Of a stretch of DNA of 64,000 bases, positions 43,301-56,400 are shown piece by piece; position 1 is the stretch's first letter, and the number at the start of each line of letters is the position of its first letter. The notes beneath the pieces are model-generated. The model made no database searches. It was given only the letters and a program-made list of their open reading frames with translations, and was not told the DNA's origin. Source of the stretch: Camelus ferus (taxonomy: Eukaryota); contig NC_045696.1 of assembly GCF_009834535.1 (NCBI RefSeq), positions 96,722,001 to 96,786,000 of the forward strand, in the 5' to 3' direction. Both the position numbers and the translations under genes were made by a program.

Positions 43301-46300
43301 AAATATGCAGGATACTGTATATATGTATTTACATGCAATATAATGTGTATGTGCAGTCGAACTGTAATAATTCTAACTAATAAAACAGAAAAAGGAAGAA
43401 AAAAGTACTTCCCTCAAACTAAAATCAACTGATTAATCAGCTGAATTCACAGCTCTTAACCAATGACAACTCTGCCATTATTATCATCTAACAAAAGACT
43501 TTCTCATTTTTCAGATACTCTGGTAAAATCATGTTTATAGTTCTATTCTGATGTGTCTGGAAATTCTACTCAGAAAGGAAATAAATTTGAAACAGTCTAC
43601 TCTTAGCAATCGCATTTTAACTCTAATAATCATCCCCTTATCTTAATGATTATAAACTGTCCTTTTAATAACTCATTCTAGAATTATGTTTAAGATTGAA
43701 GGTAAGCTCTTAGACTGCAGTATCCAGAAGTCCGTTATTTTCTTAATCTCAGCAATTGGAAAATTTTTTCTATCTTCTTCTGGTACAATCATTTGAACAA
43801 AAAATTTCAAATATACACAAAAATAGAGATAAAATATGGTAACCTACCCATGCACCTACCACCAAGATTAAATAATTATGAACTTGTAGCCAATTTCCTT
43901 TAATCTACTCCCTATTTTTTTCACTTAATACCAGAATATTATAAAGCAAAACTAGATGTCATATCACTTTATACCTCTACACTTCAGTGTGCATCTCTAA
44001 CTGATGAGGCTTATTTTTAGCAATTGTACTTAAATATAGTTTAATGTGATTTTATTATATTTAAAAACATTGTTCTGGGAAGGGTCCATAAGCTTCACAG
44101 AATTGTCAGAAAAAAGGTCAAGAACGCCTTTATCTGGCATGTTCCAGACAGAGGCCACTCCACCTGCTAGGTCCTGGAGAGAAGGCCACAAGGGGCAGAG
44201 CTACCACTGACTCTGGGGGACATAAGGATGAGTAGAATGGTTTTCAGTGGGCACTGAGATTGACACTGTCATCATAGCCTAATCTATACCTGCCTCCATT
44301 CTTCACGTGGATTCTTAGATGGTGATCCAAATCTTTCATGCTGCCAACAGTTCTGAAGTGGCAACCTGTATAGCAACAGTTGAACCTCCTCTCCCCAAGG
44401 GTCGCTGTATGTTCCTTAGACCCTGAGGGAAAAGCTGTGACAGGCTTTTTGGGCATCACTGCTGTCAGTGGAAAAACAATCTGGTTTTGGAACATAATTA
44501 TCTAGTTCTGAAGCTGGCTCCCTTTCCACTTCCGGGGCCACCTTGGCAAACTCCTATGCTCAGGATGTGGTTCCTCAGAGCTGACGTGCTGGAGCTTGGC
44601 CTGCTTGCACTGTGACACGGAGTGAGGATCGGGGACCAGTGAGTCCCTACAGGTGGCCTGCTGCACACGATAATTCCCAGAGTTCAGAAATCAAGCCCCC
44701 TCGGCCTGAGTGCACATGTCCTGGCAATTCTAATGAGGACATTTTAAAAAAACATAATCACCACCATGTCACTTCAACTCACAAAAGTAACAACAGTTAA
44801 TTACTATCACTTAATATCCAATACTTGGATATTTGGGTTTTTTTTAAAATTCCCCAGGTCCTTCAAATGTGCAGCCAAATTTAAGAACCATTCATCTAAA
44901 AGCCTGATCAGAATCAGGTTTTTTTAAATTTTCATAAGAAGGTAAGTACCATGTAGATCCTATGGCAACTCATCAGGAGACACATACCATCTCCTTGTTC
45001 TACTCTGAGTGATGCTGAGATTGCACTGGACTTGCTATGTGCCTCCTCAGACTCACTCAGCCCTTCCTTCTCCCAGGCGTCAGCTATTTAATGAAGAGAC
45101 CGGCCACCTCATCTCCCAACACCTCTGGTTGTCTCAGACTCCCCAGGAATGAGGGCCACATTTCAGCACAGCTTCCGTTATGCCTACTGCAGTAGAAGGA
45201 AGAGGGTCACTGGCACTCAGATTCAACCCAAGCAGACGGAAAGAGGCTCTGGCTGCAGATCACTTTCTTACCCTTCCTCTTCACAATAGATTGTTCTGGA
45301 GCACAGTGGTTCCACATAACCTCTCTGGAGGATTCTGCATGACCAAGCAACCTGGCTGTATTTTGTGACTCTCATCAGCTCAGAGCACTCTATGCTGTAT
45401 TTGCTTTCACGTTTTCCTTATCTCATTTCCGTTTTCCCCCTCATTCCTACTGCCTGGAGACTGCATACCCCAAAGAAGTGCAGCACAAAAGCTTTAACAC
45501 AGAGTCTTATTTCTACAGTGGTGCGTTTCAAATATTAATGTGCATACAGATCACTGAGGATCTGGCTAAAATACAGATTTGGGTTCAGTAAGCTGGGTAG
45601 GGCCTGAGATGTCACATTTCTGCACTGGCTCAAGGTAATGCCAATTTGGCTAGTCTTGGGCCCATACCTCCTGTAACAAGGTTCTAGAGAACTGGGTCTA
45701 ATAAAAATCTGGCCAGTAGACTCAGATGATGTCACCCTGGTTATAAAGTTCCCTATCAACAGTTCATCTAACAGTTTCAGCATCTTTTAACAATCATTTG
45801 CATAGATTAGTCATTCTCAAAGTATGGTCCCAAGATTTGCAGCATCATCATTACCTGGGAACTTGTTAAAAATTCTAATCATTGGGGCGCCTCCCCAGAT
45901 CTAATAATCAGAAAATCTGGGGAGGGAACAGCCATCTATGTTTTAACAAGCTCTTCAGATGATTCTGATGTATATAAAAGTTTAAGAGCTACTGATGCTT
46001 GAATTCTACAGGACTACAAAATAGTGACTATCTAATCTCATCATTCCTTCTGCATCTATTAATGTTTTTTATTTTTATTTTTGGTTTTTTTTTGGGGGGG
46101 CAGGTAATTGAATTTATTTATTTATTTTTAGAGGAGTAACTGGGGATTGAACCCAGGACCCTGTGCATGCTAAGCATGTGCTCTACCACTTGAGCTATTT
46201 CCACCCAGCTCCCACCCCAATGTTCTATACAGAAGTTTTCCTCATCAACAATTTAGTGACTCTGTATGGGAAAAGCAACATAAATGCTTGATTCCTTCTT

Positions 46301-49300
46301 TATTTATCAGTTTTCAAAGTACTGAGCAAGGACCCCATCAACTTCCAATGTTAACCAATAAGATTTGGAGGGAGGAGGATTTTTTAGGGAGTATTTATAT
46401 ACTTAACATGTTTTAATCCTTATAGTCATTATTCTTTATAATGCTCAAATTGTCCCATCTAAGACTGATATGAACCCCTCCAAGCTGACTCCTGTGACTC
46501 TAACATAACCCCATTACTCTTTCATAACTTCCTTGCTTTCTGGCACAAGATATATCTGGTTCAACTCATACATTTTTTTTGTCCTAGACCTGGAGAAAAC
46601 CACTGCTCCAAGAACTGGTTCCTTTAGTGAAGAATGGCGTTTAGAGAGCATAATCTGTGAGGCAGGGTTTTTAATGCTCCTATGTTATCACCGTCTCCAG
46701 AACTTTTCAGTGGACAGAACTAGGAAATAAAATGTTTGTATGAAAAGAAATTATGAGTTCACATTGATATATGCAAGTCTATCCCTCCTTCACTTTTATG
46801 TCGAAAATCTTCATTCCAAATGACATTAACTATTTATTTGTTTTATTCTACAGTATCAATTGTCTGTTTACAATAAAACTACTGGACGCATTTAAGAATT
46901 CTGCACATCATCATATGGTTATGTCCCCTACTTAATATAAAAGCACCTATTTCCATTTTCCACTTTAATTTTTTAAAATTTAAAACAATTACATGGCCCA
47001 AAGTCAAAACTACATATATCAAAGTTCATTAACCAACATGTCCCCTGCATTTGTACTTCTCTCTCCCCCTAGATAATCACCTTTATTAGTTTTTGGTTTA
47101 TCCTTTCAATGTTTCTTTTTGAGAAAAATATCTGTTTTTATCTAGCTACATATATATATATATATGTACACTTTGTTTCATACTTCTTCCTTCCTTGTAT
47201 CTTTCTCATTCTATGATTTCATGAAGATTATAGGCAGTGGTTTGGTTATCATATTTGCAAGTTTTCCCCCATTCTCTAAGATAAAATCCTAAGCTAGAGG
47301 CATGAACTCAATTACACTGTTGTCTACACCTTTTCTCTTTTTATTTATTTAAAACAAATTTTTATTAAAGTGTAGTTAATTTACAATATTAGTTTCAAGT
47401 GTACAGCATAGTGACTCAGTTACACATACACATACATATATATATATATATATTTTTTTTTTCCTTTCAGACTCCCTTCCATTATATGTCATTGTAAGAA
47501 ACTGAATATGGTTCCCCGTGCTATATAGTAGGTCCCTCCTGTTTTCTTTCAAATATGCTTAAGCTATGATTTTCAAATCTAAAGATCACTTTCTTGATAG
47601 AGAATATGCATTCTTTCCATCTTCTGTTAACACTACATAACATGTCTGAAGAAACTAGTTTATCTGTTCTTTTTCTTTCTTGTTCAGAATATAACAAAAA
47701 TGATTTAGAATGTATTATATAGTTCTTGATAACATCACCTGACAAAATAAACCCTACCTTGGAAGCACTGTGCTTTCTGTAAACTGTGGTGGTCCATTTA
47801 CCATGTATAGTCCTTCTGATCCTCGGACTAAAGAAAGAAAATGGAAAGAATCACCATTACTTTGATAAATACTCAATTATCATAAATGTCTTAAAAAACA
47901 AAAAGCTTTCCATCAAAATATTAATGAAATTATTAAACATTTCATAAAACTAAAGAACATTAGCATTAAAAGAATACATTTTTCTTGCTCTTTTGCATGA
48001 AATCATATAACTGCTGAGAAATAAACAGGTAAGGAGTAGATTGATTGTGTTTCCACAAAATCCTCACGTTGAAACCCTAATCCCAATGCGATGGTATTTG
48101 GAGATGGAGCCTTTGGTGGGGTGTTATTAGATCACAAAGGTGGAGTCCTCATGAATGAAATTAGTACCCTTATAAGAAGAGCAAAGAAAATACATGATGA
48201 TACAGTAGGTTGGCAGTCACCAACCAAAAAGAGGGTCCTCTCCAGAACCCAGCCACGCTGGCACCCTGGCCTAAGATTTCTAGCCTCTAGAACTGTAAGA
48301 AAGAAATTTCTGTTATATATAAGCTACCAACGAATGTGGTACTTCATTACAGTAGCCTGAACTGACTAAAGACAGGTAATTTCATTCTTATTTTTTTTTC
48401 CTATAAAGCATATTCATTTAGTCTCTAAGGAAGCTACTTTACTAAATCTACTCTTATCTGTTTTACAACAAATCTATGCATATGCATTGAGATACAACAT
48501 TCATACTTATATTCCTTCATTCAAATGGAAAAAAGTGATCTTAATATTATGTTTTCACATTATTTTATAATCTCATTTTCAAAATTTATGGCTGCTGGAA
48601 ACAGAATTAGAAGCTGAGTCTAAGTTAAATCTTCTTTGTATCAGCTTACTCTCAAGTAACTTTTATAAATAAAAATTCAAAACTGTTAACTGTCACCAGT
48701 GAAAGGCAGTTGTACTGTAGTAGAAAGGACATGAACTCAAAGGCAGACTTCAGTTCCTATCTGGGTGTGGAACCTTCAATACATCACCACCTCTGCCTTT
48801 GTGCCCTAATCTGCAAAATGTAAACATTAGAACACTGTGCTTTATATAAAATAATAACATGAAAATATAGTCTATATTCATTCGAAGTTCTTAAAAGATG
48901 TAAAACATTATTAATGTATTTAAAATTTCTCAAACTAAGAGAACAAGTAGGATGAGACTTTCATTTACTAAGCACCCAATGACAGTAATAACCTAAAAAA
49001 ATTAAGTGGTAACAAAGTTCAAGATTAAATCAGCAAAACATGTACAGAACTAGATTATTCTTTTTAAAATGGCTGATTTAGAAGTTTCTAAAGCTGAACC
49101 AAATAAAATAATTCGCTCATTCAACAAATGATTATTGTGGGGGAAAATACTGTCTAGGCCCCATTTTGAGTACTGACTGGAGATACAACAGGAAGGGAAA
49201 CAGCCTGAGCCCTGACCTCACTAATCAAATAATTAGTCAAATATATAACTGTGTTTAGTGCTGCCAAGGAAAGTATAAGGGACTACTAGAGTGAGTGATT

Positions 49301-52300
49301 GGACTTTTGATCTAAAAATGGAAGATTAGGGAAAGCATCCTTGAGTAAATGATTTGTGTGCTGAGATGTGAACGATGAATAGAAGTTAACAAGCAAGGAG
49401 AACAGTAACAAGTGCAGAAACTCAATGGCAAGAGCGATGACAGTGTCAGAGGAACGGAAAGAGGCCTGTGTGGCTGGAAGGTGCTGAAGCTGGAGAAGAC
49501 AGCAGGGCTCAGACCAAGCAGGATCCTGTGGCCTAAGTTAGGCAATGTTGGTCTGTAGCCTAAGAATGGTGGGAAACTTCAAAAAAGTTTTAGGCAGATT
49601 TTTAAAAACCAGATTTGGATTGTGAAAAGGTCAATGTGGTACACGGTACAGAAGAGAACCAGGAGGCAGTAAGAGTGGGTGTGAAGAGACTATTCGAGGC
49701 GGCTCTGCAGGAGTCCCACAGGAGAGAACACAAGGACTCGCACTAGGGTTGCCAGTGGAAATGGGAAGTGGAGAATAAGTGTTCAATATTTAAGAGAAAA
49801 GTTGACAGGACTTAGTGATGAGTTACTGTTTTATCAGCTAGAATTCTTGCTAGCAGCAACAGTGTAAGAGCTGAAGAAAAGAAAAAGTTTTACTGAAGTC
49901 CACGGCAACAATTTCATCTGCTTCCTTTTCTGCCAGCTACTCACAAATCTCCCACTCTTCTCCTGGTTACTTGGAAAGCAGTAGAGCTGGTAGATAGTGG
50001 ACACTTTGGGCTCCAACTCTGATCTCTACTTCCTTTCCCTTCTCAAGGGACGGTTCTCATAACATGAATTTTCTACCTGTAAATTAATTAGCTCAATTTT
50101 CAGATATTGAAAATAATACAGTTAACCTTTCCAAAGTAAATCATTTAAAGTTAGAATGGGGGGAGAGTATAGCTCAAATGGTAGAGCTCATGCTTAGCAT
50201 GCACGAGGGTATGGATTAAAAATCAATAAATAAACCAAATTACCCTCTCTCACCAAAAACAAAAATAAATAAAAAATTTTAAAAAAAGGTCTTTAAAAAA
50301 AATTTTTTAAAAAAGGCCACAGACTGAGTGGCTTCATAAAAATAAATAAAACATTTAACATCTTTAAAACAGTTAGAACAAAATAAAATAACTTTGATGA
50401 ACAAGATAAAAATCTAGGTATTCGTGGAGCATCATTCTAGAGGAGATGAAATATAAGTGAGTAAACATTGAATGATGAGTTCCTTGTTACACATCTACAA
50501 GTATATAACTGGGCACTATGTTTCCTTATATACTACACTGTGTCGCCAAACTACACTGAGGGGTAGTTTGCTCTTGAATAAAATGGAACCTACCAAAGTG
50601 TTCTGCATACATCAAAATCTAAGTTCCTCATACCACCATTTACAAGGCTCTATATGATCTAACCCCCACATAGCTCTATGTGCTAGGCATTAGGGATCTT
50701 AAAAAAACAAATCCATCACTGCACTCAAGATAATGATTTCAAAGAAGCTCAGTCTCCTGCTATACCTTGAATGAAACAGTGAAGATATCTATTCTAAAAC
50801 TCTGTAATACATTTAAGAAACATTTTGTACCACTGCTTCTTCCTGGCTTTTTGGCTAAGACTAAATGCAGAAAAATTTTGTGACAGAAAATGTTTTCCTA
50901 GAAGACTTGAAAACTATGAAGTTTAATTCTTTTTTTTCTTTTTTCCCCCTTTTTCCAAACTTTTTTTAAGAATTGAAGTATAGTTGACTTACAATGCTGT
51001 ATTAGTTTCTGGAATACAGCATAGTGATTCAGTTATACATATATATATTTTTTTCATTATAGATTACTACAAGTTATTGAATGTAATTCCCTGTGCTATG
51101 CAGTAAGTCATTGCTAATCTATGAAGTTTAATTCTTTAGCATCAAAAATTCTCAATGGCTTCTCAACCTTTTGTCTAAGGTCAAACGTTGCATCAAAATT
51201 CTCTTACAACACAGGCAAAGCTGTGCTCTTTCTTGTCACCGAACTAATCCCTGTTACAATATACTATATGACACATTATGATTTAGAAGAAAATAGGCCA
51301 CTCTTTTCTTAATACTATAATTAAGGTTTTAACAAACATTTATTTGAGGAATTAATAAAAAATGAATTTCCCAAACTAGGGAATTTATAGTGATCAGATT
51401 ACACGTTATCACTAGGTTACATAAAATTCTGTCAGCCTAATGAGATCCCTCTCACAAGCTGCAGTGGCAATTTAACTCACTAAGAGCCCTTTCAGAATTC
51501 TCATATTCACCTAGGAAAACAAAATGGACGATTGTCAATATACTCCCAATGAAGCCACAGTATATTTTTCAAATGTTGCATATGATTTGATGAAACCATG
51601 TTTCATTGCCTTGGCTGGAAGTCCCAAGAATATATGCCTAAAGTCACTGCCAAAAAAAGAAAAAAAAGGTTTCTCCCATTCATCTCAGCTTCTTGTGTTC
51701 TCATGACACTTGTAACCAGTGACCTTGGTCCTCTATATTTTTTGACTTTGTCATCATTACTGACCACAATCTTTACCTGGAGAAAATTCAAAGCTTTTGT
51801 ATGTTATACTAAAGTGGTGGCTGTACCTCAGAATCCATGAAGGAATCCATGAAGATAGCCTTCTGGCCACAGCAGTAGGAACTTTCAGGTATTCACGGCA
51901 ACCAGTACAGGTACAAGGTTTTTTGTTTGCAAAATTTCTATATCATACCTACATCTCAAACTAAGCTATGCAGAAGATCCCCAAAGAGTTGCTGTAGACT
52001 GAATGTGTATCCCCACCCCAAATTCATATAACAAGATTTAATTCCTTTTTTTCGAGAGAGAAGCAAGATGGTGGAGTAGAATGATGCTGGTAGCTCACCC
52101 TCTCCCACAAATACACCAAAACTCACATCTACGGACCTGCTTAGCCAACCAGAACACCTGCCGAACTCCAACAGAACATCGCCCTCTTTGAAAGACAAAG
52201 ACACCAAAAGTCTGGTAGGAGTAAAGGAAAAAAGAAAGAAGAAAAAGCAAAACAGTGCGGGACCGATCCGGCGGGGAGGGAGCGGCAAAGAAGGACTGGC

Positions 52301-55300
52301 ACTTGTTCACTGGGTCTCCCCCCTCCAGCAGAGAGGCCAGCAGGACGAAGGGGGAGCCTCCGAGGTTCAGATCCACCCTGAGCACTCCTTGACCGACAGA
52401 ACTGAGTTAAATGGGCATGGAGGGTCCCCATGACACCCAGCCCGAGACGCGAGCCGGCAGCTGGGGGCCGGGACAGGCTGCCCGAGCTGGGCGGAGCACA
52501 GGGGCGGCTGCACTGAGGCAGCCGCAGGTGACTGCAGGGTGCTGAGTGCCGTGGCTGGGAGGGGATACAGAGCAGAACCACCTCAGTCCTCCATAAATTG
52601 CAAAAAAAGCAAAGCAATATAGCTAGTGTGCCCTGGGGGGAAGGGCGCTGTAGCCTTTGTCTCCTCAGACCTGCGCTGCCGTTACTGGCGCTTCTCTCGA
52701 GAAGAGAGGTGGGGCGCAGCCACAGCGGCCATCTCCTGTGCGCAGCTCCCGGGCAGGGGCGGGGCCGAGACCTGAATCCGTGGGATCTCCACAACCTCCT
52801 AGGCAGGACTGAGACTTGTTCACAGCCCAAGGAAGATAGGCTCTTTCTGCCCTGGCACCTCAGAGAACTTGCGCCGCCAAGACAAACAAGGAGCTGAGAT
52901 TTGGCATGGAGCAGGGGTGGGGCCGTTCTGCGGTCCTCCCTGAGCCCACCTTCCGAGCGCCGACCCGAGGCGGAGTGGGCAGCTGCACAGAGCAGCGCCG
53001 GGAGAGGGCGGGCGGCCTCCCGCCTTCCTGGCAGGAACGGAGCACCTGACCACAGTGCTGGGAGGGGGCGCGATCTGCCCACCTGCCTCCACCCAAGCGC
53101 AGCATCTGACTGCAGCATCAGGAGGGGGAGTAACCCGCCCGCCCACCGAGTAAGAGCTCAGCATGTGACCCAGTGTTAGGAGGGGGCGCAATATGCTAGC
53201 CGACAGCCAATGGGAGCAGCGCAGATGAGGGTGCCAACAGAGGGCCTCTGGAAACAGCAAGCTGAGTTCACAAAACAGGGCGAAGACACAAAGACCTCTC
53301 AATAAAATCATTAAGAGCACACTGTCTCCTGGAGAACTAGGTAACTGATACCCCTTAAGCCACAGTGCCAGAGAGATATGAGCAATATGAAGAAGCAGAA
53401 GAACCACTCCCAATTAAAAGATCAAGAGAAATCCCCTGAAAGCACGATCAAGGAAATAGACATTGATGGCCTACTAGATCAAGATTTCAAAAAAGGAGTG
53501 ATCAAAGTACTGAACGAACTAAAAGAAATAGTGTTTGGAGATATAAAATATGTCAAAAATGAAACAGAAGCTATAAAGAAGAACCAAGTGGAATTAGTAA
53601 ACTCATTTGCTGAGATGAGAACTGACCTAAAGGCTGTACAAAGCAGGCTAGATAATGCAGAGGAACGAATAAGTGACCTAGAAGACAGGAAAACAGAAAG
53701 CACCCAATCAGAACAGCTGAGAGAATAACAAATAAAAAACAATGAAAACAATATAAGGGACCTACGGGATAATAGAAAGTGTGCCAATCTACATGTAATA
53801 TGGGTTCCAGGAGGGGAAGAAAGAACAAAGGGGATTGAAAACGTATTTGAAGAAATCATGACTGAAAACTTCCCAAACCTAAAGGAATCAGATATCCAAG
53901 TACAGGAGGCTCAGAGGGTCCCAAACAGGAAGAATCCAAACAGACCCACACCAAGACATATCATAATCAAGATGGCCAGAGTCAAGGATAAAGAAATGAT
54001 CCTAAAGGCAGCAAGAGAAAAACAAAGAGTGACTTACAAGGGAACCCCCATAAGGCCCTCAGCTGATTTCTCTACACAAACACTACAGGCCAGAAGGGAG
54101 TGGCAAGATATATTTAAAGTCCTGAATGAAAAAATGATGCAGCCTAGGATACTCTATCCAGCAAGGCTATCCTTTAGAATAGAAGAAGAGATAAAGAACT
54201 TCACAGACAAGCAAAAACTAAAAGAGATTAGCAACATTAAACCCATGCTAAAAGAAATATTGACAGGTCTACTCTAAATAGAAAAGAAGCAGGATGCTAC
54301 AAAAATGAGAAACTCATAACTGGAAAGGAGAGAACTGCCATGAATTACAAAAAGAATAAACACAAAATGTAAAAGAAGACATCTAAATCATTAAGAGTGG
54401 GAGAGGGAAGCAAGGAAAGCCACTGTGGAAAACAATATGGAGATTCCTCAAAAGACTAGGAATAGACTTACCATAGGACCCAGGAATCCCACTCCTGGGC
54501 ATCTATACAGAAGGAACCCTACTTCAAAATGACACCTGCACCCCAATGTTCATAGCAGCACTATTTACAATAGCCAAGACATGGAAGCAGCTTAGATGTC
54601 CATCAATAGATGACTGAATAAAGAAAATGTGGTATATTTATACGATGGAATACTATTCAGCCACAAAAACTGACAACATAACGCCATTTGCAGCAACATG
54701 GATGTTCCTGGAGAATGTCATTCAACGTGAAGTAAGCCAGAAAGAGAAAGAAAAATACCATATGAAATAGCTTATATGAGGAACCCCAAAAAAACCAAAA
54801 CCAACAACAAAACAAAAAAACAAAGAAACAACAAACATAAATACAAAACAGAAACAGACTCATAAACATAGAATACAAACTTGTGTTTGCCAAGGGGATG
54901 GGGAGGGAGAAGGGACAGACTGGGATTTTAAAATGCAGAATAGATAAACAAGATTATACTGTATAGCATAGGGAAAAATATACAAGATCTTGTGGTAGCT
55001 CATAGCAAAAAAAAAAGTGACAATGAATATATATATTTATGTAAGACTGAAAAATTGTGCTCTACACTAGAATTTGACACAACATTGTAAAATAACTATT
55101 ACTCAATTAAAAAATGTAAAAAAAAAAACACCGAAAAACAAAAAACAAAACAAACAAAACAAAAAACCACCACCACCACCAACAAAAAACACTTAATTCC
55201 TAAAGGATTTGAAGGGGCTTTAGGGAGATAAATAGGTCATAAAGGCAGCCCTTATGAACAGGATTAGTGCCCTCATGAACGAGGCCCCAAAGAGTTCCTT

Positions 55301-56360
55301 TGTCTCTCCCACCTTGTGAAGACATGGGAGAATGGCTGCCTGTGAACCTGTAAGCAGGCACTCACCAGACACTGGACCTGTCAGTGCCTTGATCTTGGAC
55401 TTCCCAGTCTCCAAAACTGTGAGAAATAAATTTCTGTTGTTTATAAGCCACCCAGTCTACGGTATTTTTGTTACAGGAGCCAAAATAAACTAAGAAAGGA
55501 GCAGGGAGGCAAAACTCCCACTTAACCCACACTTCTTCTTTCTTTCTTTCTTTCTTTTTTTTTTTTTTTTTAACATTTTTTATTGATTTATAATCATTTT
55601 ACAACCCACACTTTTTCATGCAGATTATTAACCCAAAATCTCAGAGGGCAATATTGACACAAAAATCAGGGTGAAAAGTGCCATGTTTTTCTTGCTCAAA
55701 TAGCATTCAGTCTAATGTTGTTTTCAATTACTGGTTTTAGTTCCTGGAGAAGCAAAATCCTGAGTCAAATTAATCAAATGCTTTTCAACATGCACATATT
55801 CACATTCTAAATAAGAAAAACTTTAAAAACAAAAACTCAAAGGTTACATGTTCTGTGATTACACTTATGTAACACTCTTGAAATGACAAAGTTATTGTAA
55901 TAGATGACAGATCAGTGGTTGCCAACGCTTACAGTTGGCAGGAGGGTCTGACTATAAAAGAGTAACATCTTTGTGGTGATGAAACAGTTCTATATCCTAA
56001 TAGTGGTGGTTATATGAATCTACACATGTGATAACATTTCTTAGCACAATATATACACACACAAATTGGTAAAATCCAAATAAGGATAGTAGTTTAATAA
56101 ATACTACCATACCAGTGTCAGTTTCCTGGTTTTAATAATATACTATAGTTATATAAGACATTATCATTGGGGAAAGCTAGGTGAAGGGTAACCGGGAACT
56201 CTACTGTTTTTGGCAAATTCTTATAAGTCTTAATTTGTATTTAAAAAAAGGCTTTTCATAAACCTACCATTTTCTTTTTAATTCATTTTTTTAAACCTAC
56301 CATTTTTTTTTCACTTCAAAAACCAGAATTTTATAACTGGCAGAGACATTTCCATTACAC

Positions 56361-56400
<40 letters not shown>

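Larger units (their letters stand above)
51992..55493 (+). mobile_element. MLT1-type (ERVL-MaLR) LTR split by the L1 (about 51992-52046 and 55188-55493)
   Basis: TGTAGACTGAATGTGTATCCCC start; continues GGATTAGTGCCCT...AGAAATAAATTTCTGTTGTTTATAAGCCACCCAGTCTACGGTATTTTTGTTACAG. Confidence 0.8.

Noticed and set aside
44814..44834. 9-bp inverted repeat AATATCCAA-TAC-TTGGATATT
   Set aside because: Short, AT-rich and at a repeat junction; not clearly beyond chance in 64 kb.
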